A stretch of 64,000 nt of DNA from Candidatus Chisholmbacteria bacterium (lineage in GTDB: Bacteria; Patescibacteriota; Microgenomatia; UBA1400; Chisholmbacteraceae). The DNA lies in contig CAVPHZ010000001.1 of assembly GCA_963704905.1 (NCBI GenBank), positions 387,438-451,437 of the forward strand, in the 5' to 3' direction. Positions within the stretch are counted from its first letter, which is position 1. The number at the start of each line of letters is the position of its first letter. Under the pieces are notes generated by a model. It was not told where the DNA came from. It made no database searches and saw nothing but the letters and a program-made list of their open reading frames with translations. The position numbers and the translations under genes were made by a program. Shown piece after piece: positions 54,010 to 63,713 of the stretch.

Positions 54010-54207
54010 GTGGCATTTTCATACACAAATTCCAAAGGTCAAAAATATATTCTTCATAGCAAAGATGTGACATTGAAGAACGGTCGAAAGCAGACCATTT
54101 ATTTCTTTGCACGAGATGAGCGCAGCGGCGCTCTAGATGCGGTTCCAGCCGGATACCAGGTTATGGAAACCGAACGCACCGGCATGCCGGTATTAAAGAA
54201 AGCCTAA
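54010..54207 (+). CDS. Small hypothetical protein (GTG start, strong SD)
   Basis: GGAGGGAGGTGAG sits immediately upstream of GTG. 65 aa, KGQKYILHSKDVTLKNGRKQTIYFFAR..., with a terminator downstream. Confidence 0.4.
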   Translation: MAFSYTNSKGQKYILHSKDVTLKNGRKQTIYFFARDERSGALDAVPAGYQVMETERTGMPVLKKA

Positions 54208-54245
54208 AAAAGGATTTCTTTTTTATTTAACGTTTTATTATAGTT

Positions 54246-54275
54246 GGCCCCGTCATTTGGCGGGGCTGTTTTTTG
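54246..54275 (+). terminator. Rho-independent terminator
   Basis: GGCCCCG-(tcatttgg)-CGGGGCT hairpin followed by TGTTTTTT. Confidence 0.65.
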
Positions 54276-54313
54276 CCCCATATGCTTATCGATTAGATAA
54301 GTATAATTGGAGT

Positions 54314-54625
54314 ATGAAACGAGATACGAAAAATATGCAAGTGATGCGCGTACTGCGAACAGTCATTGATCCTGAATTGGGAATTAATATTGTCGATTTA
54401 GGGCTTGTTTATCGAATTACCGTAGAAGATGGCAACCGTGTTTCTATTGCTATGACGCTCACAACACCAGGTTGTCCATTGGCTGGGATGTTTGATCAAC
54501 TGGTTGGTGATGCTGTACAACAACTTCCTTGGGTTGAGCGTGTTTCTATCCAGCTTACCTTTGATCCACCCTGGACGCAGGAGATGATGAGCGAAGAGGC
54601 GAGAGCTCAACTTGGTTTTGATTGA
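54314..54625 (+). CDS. DUF59 / SufT-like Fe-S assembly protein (MIP18 family)
   Basis: VLRTVIDPELGINIVDLGLVYRI...TLTTPGCPLAG. Start placed at the internal ATG with a GGAG SD, after the terminator. Confidence 0.7.
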   Translation: MKRDTKNMQVMRVLRTVIDPELGINIVDLGLVYRITVEDGNRVSIAMTLTTPGCPLAGMFDQLVGDAVQQLPWVERVSIQLTFDPPWTQEMMSEEARAQLGFD

Positions 54626-54664
54626 GGATTGCCAAGTGAATGTGAAGTATTTTAATCTACTGTT

Positions 54665-54910
54665 ATGAAATATTTTCTTCTATTTGGTGTTGTTGGATTT
54701 AGTTATAGTTTCTTTAGGTGTTACCCTTTTTTTTCGGCTGGCGGAGAGGTTAATTTTCTTACTGCTACCTATTGTAGAATTGGTTTTGTCCATTTTTTTC
54801 AAGAGTCGATTTCTCCAGCAAATGTCATTCTTCACCTGATATTTTGGTTTGTTATCAGCGTAATTCTCTTCCGATTGTATATGCGGTATTTCCACGGACG
54901 GTTCTTTTGA
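54665..54910 (+). CDS. Small membrane protein (hypothetical, weak)
   Basis: 81 aa hydrophobic ORF ending 1 nt before ccdA. Coding status uncertain. Confidence 0.25.
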   Translation: MKYFLLFGVVGFSYSFFRCYPFFSAGGEVNFLTATYCRIGFVHFFQESISPANVILHLIFWFVISVILFRLYMRYFHGRFF

Positions 54911-54911
54911 T

Positions 54912-55727
54912 GTGGGTATTCGTATTCATGCCTTTCCACTGGGGGAGCTGTTTATTATGCAAGAATTAAATCTTTTTGTGGCTTTTACTAGCGGTGTTGT
55001 TTCTTTTTTTGCTCCTTGCGTTGTGCCTCTTCTGCCGGCGTATATTGGTTATATCAGTGGCGTTTCTCTTCAAGAATTGCGTAATGAGAAAGGTCTCGGT
55101 CCATATCGGAAGCAGGTTCTTTTTTCTTCTTTATTCTATATTTTGGGTTTCTCTTTCGTATTTGTGATACTTGGAACGACAGCGGCAACTTTTGGAGGGT
55201 TTGTGAGAATGCACGATACTGCAATTGCGCGCGTTGGCGGAGTAATAATCATGTTATTTGCTCTGAACTTCATGGGAATATTGAAGATCCCATTTTTGTC
55301 TGAGACTCATCAATTTAAACTGCCAACTTGGACGAATTTTCTTGGATATGGAAAAGCATTTTTGGTTGGAACTATCTTTGCAACAGCTTGGACTCCATGT
55401 GTTGGGGCGGTACTTGGTGCAATATTAACCTTGGCGGCGGTAAGTCAAACGGCGACGACCGGTGCTTTATTATTGTTTGTTTATTCGCTGGGAATTTCTA
55501 TTCCATTTCTTATGGTATCGATGGTTATTGTTCAGGTACCATCAGTCTTAACAGTGATCACGAAATACTCTCATCGTGTGAGCGTAGTTGCTGGTGTGCT
55601 TTTGTTTGTTATTGGATTTTTATTGTTTAACAATACTGTAGGACTCATCAACGAAAATTTTACATACAATCGGTTAAATTCTTGGTTGTTTACCATCGCA
55701 TTCTCCCTTGGGTATGAGATTCGATAA
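54912..55727 (+). CDS. ccdA: Cytochrome c-type biogenesis / thiol-disulfide transporter CcdA (DsbD TM domain)
   Basis: FAPCVVPLLPAYIGYISG and AWTPCVGAVLGAIL conserved Cys-containing helices, 6 TM. Confidence 0.8.
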   Translation: MGIRIHAFPLGELFIMQELNLFVAFTSGVVSFFAPCVVPLLPAYIGYISGVSLQELRNEKGLGPYRKQVLFSSLFYILGFSFVFVILGTTAATFGGFVRMHDTAIARVGGVIIMLFALNFMGILKIPFLSETHQFKLPTWTNFLGYGKAFLVGTIFATAWTPCVGAVLGAILTLAAVSQTATTGALLLFVYSLGISIPFLMVSMVIVQVPSVLTVITKYSHRVSVVAGVLLFVIGFLLFNNTVGLINENFTYNRLNSWLFTIAFSLGYEIR

Positions 55728-55738
55728 ATTGGAGGACT

Positions 55739-56032
55739 ATGCTTCTTCATAAACTTTTCATGATTGGGACTTCGGGGATTATTCTGTCTGGTTGTAGTTT
55801 ACTTACAGAAGGAACTTTTCCTGGTAAAAGTGAATCAACAAAGCAGGCAACCTTTCAAGTAGAAGGGAGATTTGTGAAAGGTGAGCTAGCTCCATATGTC
55901 ACAGTTGTAAGCTTTGAAGGTAAAGAAATCTCATTGACTCAATTTTATGGAGAAAAAGCCTTGATTATTGATTTTTGGGCAGGTTGGTGTCCGTTTTGCG
56001 TACAAGAGATGCCTGAGTTACAGAGTGCCTAA
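55739..56032 (+). pseudogene. TlpA/ResA-like thioredoxin lipoprotein, truncated just after the WCPFC active site
   Basis: Lipoprotein signal (ILSGCS) and active site FWAGWCPFCVQEMPELQ. Stop at 56030. A downstream frame (56056..~56150) still encodes Trx-like continuation (VIIGVHRTDNEDKATF..). Confidence 0.5.
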
Positions 56033-56168
56033 AATTCATTTAGTGAAGATCTAGTGTGATTATTGGTGTACATCGTACGGATAACGAAGACAAGGCAACT
56101 TTCTATTCGTTTTCGTCTTGCATTGTTTCTCTGTGTCTTCTAGACTCAGACTAGTTTGTTACTTTTCT

Positions 56169-56612
56169 ATGATTATCTATCTTGGAGCTGATCACGGTGG
56201 CTTTGAATTAAAAGAGAAAATAAAAACATGGCTTCGTGAATGGGGTTATGAGTACAAGGATATGGGAGCGGAGCATTTTGATCCTACTGATGATTACCCA
56301 GATTTTGTTTTTCCAGTTGCTGATAAGGTGTCGAAAGAGAAACAGGCACTTGGGATTATTCTTGGCAGAAGTGGTAATGGAGAGGCAATTCTTGCTAACA
56401 AATTGCAAGGAGTTCGGGCTGCGGTGTGCTTAAATGTAGGAATGGCTCGAAAGACTCGAGACGATAACAATGCTAATGTTCTTGTTCTCGGAGGAGACTA
56501 CCTAGAACACGATACTGCGAAGAAGATTGTAAAGACATTTCTTGAAACCCCTTTCTCTCAAGCTGAGAGGCATATTCGAAGACTTGCTAAGATTGAGGAG
56601 CTTACAACGTAG
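56169..56612 (+). CDS. rpiB: Ribose-5-phosphate isomerase B (RpiB/LacAB family)
   Basis: MIIYLGADHGGFELKEKI...GIILGRSGNGEAILANK...VCLN. Start at the internal ATG. Confidence 0.8.
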   Translation: MIIYLGADHGGFELKEKIKTWLREWGYEYKDMGAEHFDPTDDYPDFVFPVADKVSKEKQALGIILGRSGNGEAILANKLQGVRAAVCLNVGMARKTRDDNNANVLVLGGDYLEHDTAKKIVKTFLETPFSQAERHIRRLAKIEELTT

Positions 56613-56619
56613 ATTCGAT

Positions 56620-57273
56620 ATGAATTATCTGATCATTCCGGGTTTCTTAACCTCTGATCTTCGTGAGATTAAGGAGAACATGCTACTCTTCTCTGGAGTT
56701 GTGCCTAGGGTATCGGTAGATATAATTGATGGCTTGTTCGTTGATAACATTACTGTGGGAGTGGAAGAATTATCTGAGGTTGATTGGGGAGATACCACTT
56801 TTGAACTTCAGCTTATGGTTGAGGAGCCGTTTGACTATTTAGAGCAAGCAGATCGAGTTGGAGCAGCAAGAGTGTTTGGACACATCGAACGCATGGGGGA
56901 TCGAGGATTATTTCTTGAGCGGGCATTACAATATTCTTTTGAAGTAGGATGGGGGTTTGATGTGTATACTCCAGTTGATCAATTGTCGGATGAGGAGCTT
57001 GAGAAGGTGAGTGGAATTCTTCTGATGTCGGTTAAGGCTGGATACTCAGGTCAGAAACATATCGATATTCGTAATAAGATTAAAAGGTTGCGAAGTCGAG
57101 GTTTTCAGGGAGATATTGTTATTGATGGTGGTTTGAACTTTGAAACCATTCCGCCTGTTCTTCAGGTAGGGGCGAATCAATTTTCTTTAACATCTGCGGT
57201 TTTGAAAGCTGAAGATCCAGTGTCAGAGTGGAAAAAATATATGGAGCTGATTACAAAGGAGGTAGCATCGTGA
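56620..57273 (+). CDS. rpe: Ribulose-phosphate 3-epimerase-like (divergent)
   Basis: DIIDGLFVDNITVG...LQLMVEEP...GHIER...LLMSVKAGYSGQKHI...VIDGGLN...GANQF matches the RPE (beta/alpha)8 motif order. Confidence 0.55.
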   Translation: MNYLIIPGFLTSDLREIKENMLLFSGVVPRVSVDIIDGLFVDNITVGVEELSEVDWGDTTFELQLMVEEPFDYLEQADRVGAARVFGHIERMGDRGLFLERALQYSFEVGWGFDVYTPVDQLSDEELEKVSGILLMSVKAGYSGQKHIDIRNKIKRLRSRGFQGDIVIDGGLNFETIPPVLQVGANQFSLTSAVLKAEDPVSEWKKYMELITKEVAS

Positions 57274-57908
57274 AGAAACGTATCATTAATCGTGTAGCAT
57301 TTTTTGGGTATGCAGATGCAGAGCCGGAGAGCGATCTTTATAAAGAGACTTTTGAGATAGCCAAGCTTTTTGCCCAGAATAAATTTACCATTGTTAATGG
57401 AGGAGGTCCTGGCGTGATGGCGGCTTCTACTAAGGGAGCTGAATCTGTCGGTGGGGATACTGTTGCCGTGACTTTTTATCCGAAAGACGCCCCTGGATTT
57501 GAAGGTCGGTATGTGGCGAATATCGTAGACCGTGAGATTGTAACAGGGGATTATGTTGAGCGGATGTTTAAGCTTATGGAAGTTGCTGATGCGTACCTCA
57601 TATTTAAAGGGGGGACTGGAACAATCAGCGAAATTGGAACTGCCTGGGTGCTTGCCCGGTTATATTACGGTCATCACAAACCGTTTGTGTTATATGGGGA
57701 CTTTTGGCATGAGGTGATGAGTGTGATACTGCGAAATTTTTTCATGCGCGGAACAGAGGAGCGCGTTTACAAGATTGTTAGTACTCCTGGTGAGGCGCTG
57801 GACGCGATTCATGCATTTGAGCGGGAGATGCAGAGCCATGACCCAAAAACCTGCGATCACTGTCAGCAACGCGCGAATGTGAATTATAAGTTTTACGATC
57901 CGAAGTAG
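57270..57908 (+). CDS. LOG-family protein (TIGR00730; cytokinin riboside 5'-monophosphate phosphoribohydrolase-like)
   Basis: VAFFGYADAEPE...TIVNGGGPGVMAA...IFKGGTGTISE. GTG start overlaps the rpe stop (GTGA) with AAGGAGG 7 nt upstream. Confidence 0.7.
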   Translation: MKKRIINRVAFFGYADAEPESDLYKETFEIAKLFAQNKFTIVNGGGPGVMAASTKGAESVGGDTVAVTFYPKDAPGFEGRYVANIVDREIVTGDYVERMFKLMEVADAYLIFKGGTGTISEIGTAWVLARLYYGHHKPFVLYGDFWHEVMSVILRNFFMRGTEERVYKIVSTPGEALDAIHAFEREMQSHDPKTCDHCQQRANVNYKFYDPK

Positions 57909-57986
57909 TTTTATTTGTGTAGCGTCTATCCTTGACTGGTTTCTCAAGCTTTGTTAGTCTGAAGTCTGAGGGAATGAGAACAACAT

Positions 57987-58322
57987 ATGCTTATTCAGTT
58001 GATCGTCGTTTTGTTCGAGTGGGTTTCAATCGCATTGCTCGTCTGGGGATTTTTTGTTGTTATTTTGCGTTTAATTGTCTCAGAGTGGAAACACATCCGA
58101 GATAAAGGTGATAGGATACATTTTGAGCGGATTCGAGTCGAATTTGGGCAGCGGATTGTTCTTTCCATTGAGTTTTTAATTGCTGCTGATCTGGTAGCGA
58201 CAATTCAAAATCCCTCTTTCGAAGAACTACTCAGTTTAGGTATGATAGTAGCAGTGCGAACAGTGCTTTCGTACTTTTTAACTAAAGAAGTTGATAGACA
58301 TGAAGGTGATTGGAAACGATGA
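57987..58322 (+). CDS. DUF1622 membrane protein
   Basis: LVWGFFVVILRLIVSEW...IRVEFGQRIVLSIEFLIAADLVATI pattern. Confidence 0.55.
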   Translation: MLIQLIVVLFEWVSIALLVWGFFVVILRLIVSEWKHIRDKGDRIHFERIRVEFGQRIVLSIEFLIAADLVATIQNPSFEELLSLGMIVAVRTVLSYFLTKEVDRHEGDWKR

Positions 58323-58357
58323 AACTTATGTTATTTGAGAGGAGGTGACAGTCTCTG

Positions 58358-58540
58358 TTGTCTATGCAAGAAAAAGGTTTTTTTTGGCCAGTATTTCTGA
58401 TTCTCGTTGGAACTGCGATACTTCTTGTAAATCTAGGCGTTCTCCCAGCGGAGACTTGGCGATTTTGGCCTATTTTGATCATTTTACCGGGTTTACTGAA
58501 GCTTTCTGGTTTTTGGGGAGAAGAATCTAATAAGAAGTAA
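58358..58540 (+). CDS. Small two-TM membrane protein (hypothetical)
   Basis: 60 aa hydrophobic ORF. Confidence 0.3.
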   Translation: MSMQEKGFFWPVFLILVGTAILLVNLGVLPAETWRFWPILIILPGLLKLSGFWGEESNKK

Positions 58541-58682
58541 GCGCTTTTTGTGCTTTGTTCCTGACTTGATTTCATGCCGAGGTGGATGTTTCTGTTGTTG
58601 TACTCTTTGATAAGTGATTTCTGTTACCCTTCTTCCTTTTCCTTATACTACAATATGGTTGTTACTGTGAACTCTTATTGAG

Positions 58683-59375
58683 ATGAAGCAACCAATACAT
58701 ATTGCAATCGATGGTCCAGCTGGTTCAGGAAAATCAACTGTAGCACGACTGGTTTCTGAAAAACTTGGATATCTCTATGTCTATACTGGGGCAATGTATC
58801 GAGCAGCCGCTTTGCTTGCGAATCGTCATGGGATTGACTGGAGTAATGAAAGTGGGATCTCAAAACTAGTTGAACGGGTTGATTTTCAGATGAGAGCACC
58901 AGATAGAGATGAGCAGGATGGGCGGTTTGTTACCTTACTTCTTGATGGAGAAGATGTTTCTGCTGATATCTTTAATGAACATATCGGACAAGGGGCGTCA
59001 ATTGTTGCAGTACATAATAAAGTACGTTCAGCTTTAGTTTTAAAGCAGCAGGAAATTGCTCGGAAACAGAACGTGGTTATGGAAGGGAGAGACGTTACTT
59101 TTCGAGTGCTTCCAGAGGCCAGGTTAAAAGTGTTCCTTACTGCTGATGAGAGTGTGCGTGCGAAGAGAAGGTATCATCAACTTGTTGACAGAGGTGAGAA
59201 GGTATCATATCAATCAGTTCTATCTGATTTGCGGGTTCGAGATAAGCGTGATCTTGAGCGAAAGATCGATCCACTTCAAATTATTTCAGATGCATGGGTT
59301 TTGGATACCTCTCATTTAACGATTGATGAAGTGGTTGAGAAAATAATTATGAGAATTAAAACTGTTCACCATTGA
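58683..59375 (+). CDS. cmk: Cytidylate kinase
   Basis: IAIDGPAGSGKSTVARLVSEKLGYLYVYTGAMYRA and C-terminal ...RDKRD... Confidence 0.85.
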   Translation: MKQPIHIAIDGPAGSGKSTVARLVSEKLGYLYVYTGAMYRAAALLANRHGIDWSNESGISKLVERVDFQMRAPDRDEQDGRFVTLLLDGEDVSADIFNEHIGQGASIVAVHNKVRSALVLKQQEIARKQNVVMEGRDVTFRVLPEARLKVFLTADESVRAKRRYHQLVDRGEKVSYQSVLSDLRVRDKRDLERKIDPLQIISDAWVLDTSHLTIDEVVEKIIMRIKTVHH

Positions 59376-59608
59376 TAAGTATGGCAGTAACTGAAAATAA
59401 ACAAACGATTCGAGATAAAGATGGCGATGAGCAAGAGGAGAGGAAGAAATCTTTAAAAGAATTTAAAGGTCCGGGACAAGGAAGGAAAACTATCTTTATC
59501 TTATTTTTTGTAACCGTCGGGATATCAGTATTACTTTGGTTTCAGGCAAATTTCTCTGAGTGGATTGGAAGTTTTTTTGGACCTTCTTCTTGGACATTCT
59601 CGAGGTAG
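59372..59608 (+). CDS. Small membrane protein (hypothetical)
   Basis: 78 aa with a charged N-terminus and one TM. 4-nt overlap with cmk. Confidence 0.35.
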   Translation: MISMAVTENKQTIRDKDGDEQEERKKSLKEFKGPGQGRKTIFILFFVTVGISVLLWFQANFSEWIGSFFGPSSWTFSR

Positions 59609-59623
59609 GTGGGTTTTTTACTT

Positions 59624-62035
59624 TTATTCGAATATTGTCCAGTCGTATCGTCTGAGTGCTGTTTCCTTATTCTGTTCAGATTCTGTTTCTGTTTCTTCTT
59701 CACTTGTGGCAATAGGAATGCAGGTTTTGGTTGGTTCCGTGCCTCTGATGAAGTACTCTTTCTTTCCTGGACACCCTTCACAAGGGAGTGTGCCGGTGAA
59801 AGGACAGATGTCGACTTGAACTAGTGAGTCTGGTGGATGAAATTCACTTTCTGGGTGTGGCTTTATCACTTCTGTAATGATCTTATTCCAAATTGGTGAG
59901 GCTCCAGTAATTCCTGAAGCTACATAACTCATGGGCGAATTGTCATTGTTTCCAACCCAGGTCGCTACGAGATAATCTTGGGTGTATCCGATTGTCCAGT
60001 TATCGCGAAGATTTTGCGTAGTACCGGTTTTTACTGCGATTTGTTGACTAGGAATATTTAATACTGAGTGTCTGCCGAATGCTTGGGATCGAGCGTCATT
60101 GTCTGATAGGATGCTGGTGAGAATGTAGGCAACTTCTGGTTTTATAACTTGTTGAGAATCACACACCTTGCCAGTGTTGAAATGGCTCTTGTCTATCTGT
60201 TCAACACAATTATTTTGGTATAGTACATCCCCGTGATAATCCCTCACCTCAATAATTGGGTTGAGATTTATGTGTTTTCCGCCATTTGCAAGTGTGCCGT
60301 AGACTTCTGAGATGTCTGTCATCATGACTTCTCCACCACCTAAAGTAAGGGAGAGACCAAATCTTGTTTCATCTTCCCAGGTAGTAATACCCATTCTTTT
60401 TCCTTTTTCAATCATATTCTCAACACCGACAATGGAAAGTGTCTTTACCGCGGGAACGTTATATGAGCTTGCTAATGCTTGACGAAGTGTGATATTTCCA
60501 TGAAATGTGTTGTCATAATTTTTTGGAGAGTATGGTGGCTGACCAGACACTTCGTACGTTATTGGGGTGTCAGGAATGATCGTTGCTGCTGTAAAGCCGT
60601 TTTCAAGCGCAACGGCGTAGTTGATTGGCTTGATAGCACTTCCAGGCTGGCGCGGGCGGAGTGTCACGTTTACTTGACCATCTTCTTCTGCATTGAAGAA
60701 ATTCTTAGAACCAACCATTGCAAGAATTTCTCCTGTATTGGGTTTGGTAACTAGCGAAGCTCCGTTTGAGACTTTAAGTTTAGAAAGACTATTTACCTCA
60801 TTTGTCACTGCTTGTTGAGCCAGGTTTTGAATACCAATATCCAGCGTGGTTATTACTTCTAGACCGCCTTGTTCAACCATTTGTTCTCCAAACTCTTCTA
60901 CTAGTTTTTCTTTTACATACATAACGAAATGAGGGGATTTGATATCCGTTTTTCCATAAGAAAATTTTAAATTATTTTCTTTAGCATCATCAAATTGTTG
61001 TTGGGTTATGTAGCTCTCTTCCTTCATTCTGCGGAGGACTTCATGTTGGCGGAACTTTGCTCTCTCTGGATGTGTGCCAAATGGTGAGTGATAGGTAGGA
61101 GCAGCTGGGAGTCCTGCCAGAAGTGCAGACTCGGCTAAAGAAAGGTTCTTGGCTGATTTTCCAAAATACATTAATGAAGCTTCTTCGACGCCATAGGCTG
61201 CGCCACCGTATCCTACTTCATTAAAGTACATTGTTAATATTTCGTTTTTTGTAAATTTTGTTTCTACAAGAATCGCAAGTATTATTTCTTTTACTTTTCT
61301 TTCCAGCGTTTGTTCTTTGGTTAATAATGTATTTTTAACTAGTTGTTGTGTGATTGTGGAGCCACCCTGTACATTCCCTGATATTACTATTTGACGGATT
61401 GCTCTGAGGATTCCTGTATAGGAGTATCCTGCGTGGGTGAAGAAATCTTTATCTTCAATAGCAATTGTCGCATTTATAAGGTGTTGTGGAACATCATCTA
61501 GGTTGATAAGTGTACGGTTTTCGTTATTGAAGATTTTATATAGAAGTACTCCATTTCTATCATAGATTTTAGTTGAAACGATTTGATTTCTGGTTCTCAA
61601 ACTATCAGGATTTGGTAGTTCCTTAATTGTCTCAGATACAATGATTGCACTTATTCCAACCAAAATGATGATGATTGAAGTGAGTGCTATCTTTATTCTT
61701 GAAATCTTAATCTGACGAGTTGGAAGTTTAATTCTGGTCTTGGGGATTTTTATGAAGTGCTTGATGGGGGTTTGGAGTCTAACTGAATACTTCTGTGCAC
61801 ATAAACGACTGCTATGATAGATTGTTAGTAATTGCTGGCTCGTTGCCTTTCGAACTTTAGTGGTAAGATTATTGAATAATTTAATTATATAAATTATCGA
61901 TCTGAGAAGAGCTGCAATGGTTATTACCAACGTGTACCCAATAATCAATAGCAATCGAAGCAACGGTTTTCCTATTGCTATGAGTACTTGTTGAAAGAAG
62001 ACTAAAAATAGTGGACCAGTCCGTTTACCCACCAT
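59624..62035 (-). CDS. Class A penicillin-binding protein (PBP1A: GT51 transglycosylase + transpeptidase)
   Basis: GT51 motifs EDKDFFTHAGYSYTGILRA, GGSTITQQLVKN. Transpeptidase SAIKP (SxxK), and KTGTT. Confidence 0.9.
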   Translation of the reverse strand: MVGKRTGPLFLVFFQQVLIAIGKPLLRLLLIIGYTLVITIAALLRSIIYIIKLFNNLTTKVRKATSQQLLTIYHSSRLCAQKYSVRLQTPIKHFIKIPKTRIKLPTRQIKISRIKIALTSIIIILVGISAIIVSETIKELPNPDSLRTRNQIVSTKIYDRNGVLLYKIFNNENRTLINLDDVPQHLINATIAIEDKDFFTHAGYSYTGILRAIRQIVISGNVQGGSTITQQLVKNTLLTKEQTLERKVKEIILAILVETKFTKNEILTMYFNEVGYGGAAYGVEEASLMYFGKSAKNLSLAESALLAGLPAAPTYHSPFGTHPERAKFRQHEVLRRMKEESYITQQQFDDAKENNLKFSYGKTDIKSPHFVMYVKEKLVEEFGEQMVEQGGLEVITTLDIGIQNLAQQAVTNEVNSLSKLKVSNGASLVTKPNTGEILAMVGSKNFFNAEEDGQVNVTLRPRQPGSAIKPINYAVALENGFTAATIIPDTPITYEVSGQPPYSPKNYDNTFHGNITLRQALASSYNVPAVKTLSIVGVENMIEKGKRMGITTWEDETRFGLSLTLGGGEVMMTDISEVYGTLANGGKHINLNPIIEVRDYHGDVLYQNNCVEQIDKSHFNTGKVCDSQQVIKPEVAYILTSILSDNDARSQAFGRHSVLNIPSQQIAVKTGTTQNLRDNWTIGYTQDYLVATWVGNNDNSPMSYVASGITGASPIWNKIITEVIKPHPESEFHPPDSLVQVDICPFTGTLPCEGCPGKKEYFIRGTEPTKTCIPIATSEEETETESEQNKETALRRYDWTIFE

Positions 62036-62144
62036 TGTTTTCCAATTATACTCGAGAAGCTTGATCTAGGGAATATGCAGTTGCTATTGAGGTTACGTAA
62101 ATAGTTGGGAGTTGAATTAATTATTGCTTGACACGTCTTCATTG

Positions 62145-63713
62145 TTAGGATGCTTTATCTGCATAGAACTTCTCTGCAAGGATGTTCCAAAGGTTCGGAC
62201 GGTTTCCGTCATATCCTAGTGCCCAAATAGCTGTACCTGCAAGTCCGCTTTCCTGTATTAAATCGTATTTCAATCCAAGAGATATTTCGTTTTCATAGTA
62301 AATCTGGAATGTTTTACCTTCAATCGTATGAGTGATTCTTGGAGATAGGGATATCTCGTCCCAGTCAAGTGATGCAGAATCATTTTCAATTATTGTTTGT
62401 ATGCGCTTAAACGTTGCAAGCGCCCCTGTGTTTGGGTACGTCGTTGCGTAAAGTTCCTCGCTCGTGGTTCGCCATTCATACCCATAATATGGTACGCCAA
62501 GAATTATTTTTTCTGCGGGAATAGCATTTGTGTAGTCGGTAAGTGTTTTTATAATGTCGTATTGCCACAAATCTGGCGCTCCTCTTATGGGTGCGACTGG
62601 TCCTGCGATTTTCGAACTTGCGCGGTGAAAATCGTAGGCCATGATGATAATGTGGTTCACATGCTCTGCGATTTTAGGGATATCCCAGAGCCTTACTTTG
62701 GTTGTTGAGTCCGCAAAGACGTCTACGCTTAGTTGTAAGTCTGGATTATTTTCATCTAGAGCCAGTCTCATTTCTTTTACAAAAGCAGTGAAATTATTGG
62801 TTGTGACATAGGGTGGGGATCCAGCGTATTCAAAATCAATATTTACGCCATCGAGGTTTTTCAATTCAATAATTTCCAAGGTGTTATCGATAGCCCTTTT
62901 TCGCTTTGCTTGATCGTTCACAACGCTGACAATTGTGTCGTGATCCATTGCTTGGATTGTGAGAATGACTTTTGTTCCGTTTTCTTTCGCTTTTCGAAAT
63001 ACCGTTCCGAATGCCTGGCTTTTGTAGGCAGTCCATCCAGGTTCTTCTGTTCCGTCTTCTTTGAGGGTATGAATATTTCCATCTTTGTCAATTTCGAGTG
63101 CGAAGAATGCAATCTGTGTGAGGAGGTGGTAACGAAAGTTTTCCTCCTCTTTCATGTTCCAGTACGGAAGAAATCCGATGACTTCTTTCTGCTCTCTTGC
63201 AGATGTTTCGTAGGAAAGCACGTCAGGGTTTTCCGGAACTGGTGATATGAACTCTGCGGAGAAAGATAGTGTTCCAGTAAAGAACAATGCAACAATGGCT
63301 CCACAGATTATGAGTATGATGGAGATGAGTAATAATCGTTTTAAAGACTTTTTTGGCGGTTTTTCAGTTATGTTTACATCAATTACGCTCTCTTTACTTG
63401 AGGAAGATAAGTTTTCATTTTTATTACCAGCCTGTTGAGGTTTTTCATTTATACTTTCTGTATTGGTTTGCTCAACTTGTTTTTGTATATGGGTATCGGG
63501 ATCTTGTTGGTCAGGCTGGCTTGTGTTCGTTTCTGAGTCTTTCGTATCTTCAGAAGTTGATGCTTCATGCATGCTCTTTGAATCATTCTGCGCATTTTCT
63601 TCAGGAGGTTTTTGATTTAGTTCAGGAATTTTGTCTTCTTGGAGATTTGGAGTGACGGGAGCTAATCCGGTGCTTTCAATTTGTGGTTCCTTGTTGTCCT
63701 TTTTGGCAGACAT
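62145..63713 (-). CDS. Glycoside hydrolase family 18 (chitinase-like) membrane-anchored protein
   Basis: N-terminal disordered region plus TM, then a GH18 catalytic motif DGVNIDFEY (DGxDxDWE-type) within a (beta/alpha)8-like domain. Confidence 0.7.
   Translation of the reverse strand: MSAKKDNKEPQIESTGLAPVTPNLQEDKIPELNQKPPEENAQNDSKSMHEASTSEDTKDSETNTSQPDQQDPDTHIQKQVEQTNTESINEKPQQAGNKNENLSSSSKESVIDVNITEKPPKKSLKRLLLISIILIICGAIVALFFTGTLSFSAEFISPVPENPDVLSYETSAREQKEVIGFLPYWNMKEEENFRYHLLTQIAFFALEIDKDGNIHTLKEDGTEEPGWTAYKSQAFGTVFRKAKENGTKVILTIQAMDHDTIVSVVNDQAKRKRAIDNTLEIIELKNLDGVNIDFEYAGSPPYVTTNNFTAFVKEMRLALDENNPDLQLSVDVFADSTTKVRLWDIPKIAEHVNHIIIMAYDFHRASSKIAGPVAPIRGAPDLWQYDIIKTLTDYTNAIPAEKIILGVPYYGYEWRTTSEELYATTYPNTGALATFKRIQTIIENDSASLDWDEISLSPRITHTIEGKTFQIYYENEISLGLKYDLIQESGLAGTAIWALGYDGNRPNLWNILAEKFYADKAS

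Noticed and set aside
56033-56168. Possible small RNA or riboswitch upstream of rpiB
   Set aside because: The region is better explained as the decayed 3' portion of the truncated TlpA-like gene, which still encodes Trx-like peptide in another frame, than as a structured RNA.
59565-59824. Plus-strand ORFs 59565..59819 and 59609..59824 (Cys/Phe-rich peptides)
   Set aside because: They are antisense to the C-terminus of the PBP1A gene (59624-62035, -) and have low-complexity composition, so they are most likely artefacts.
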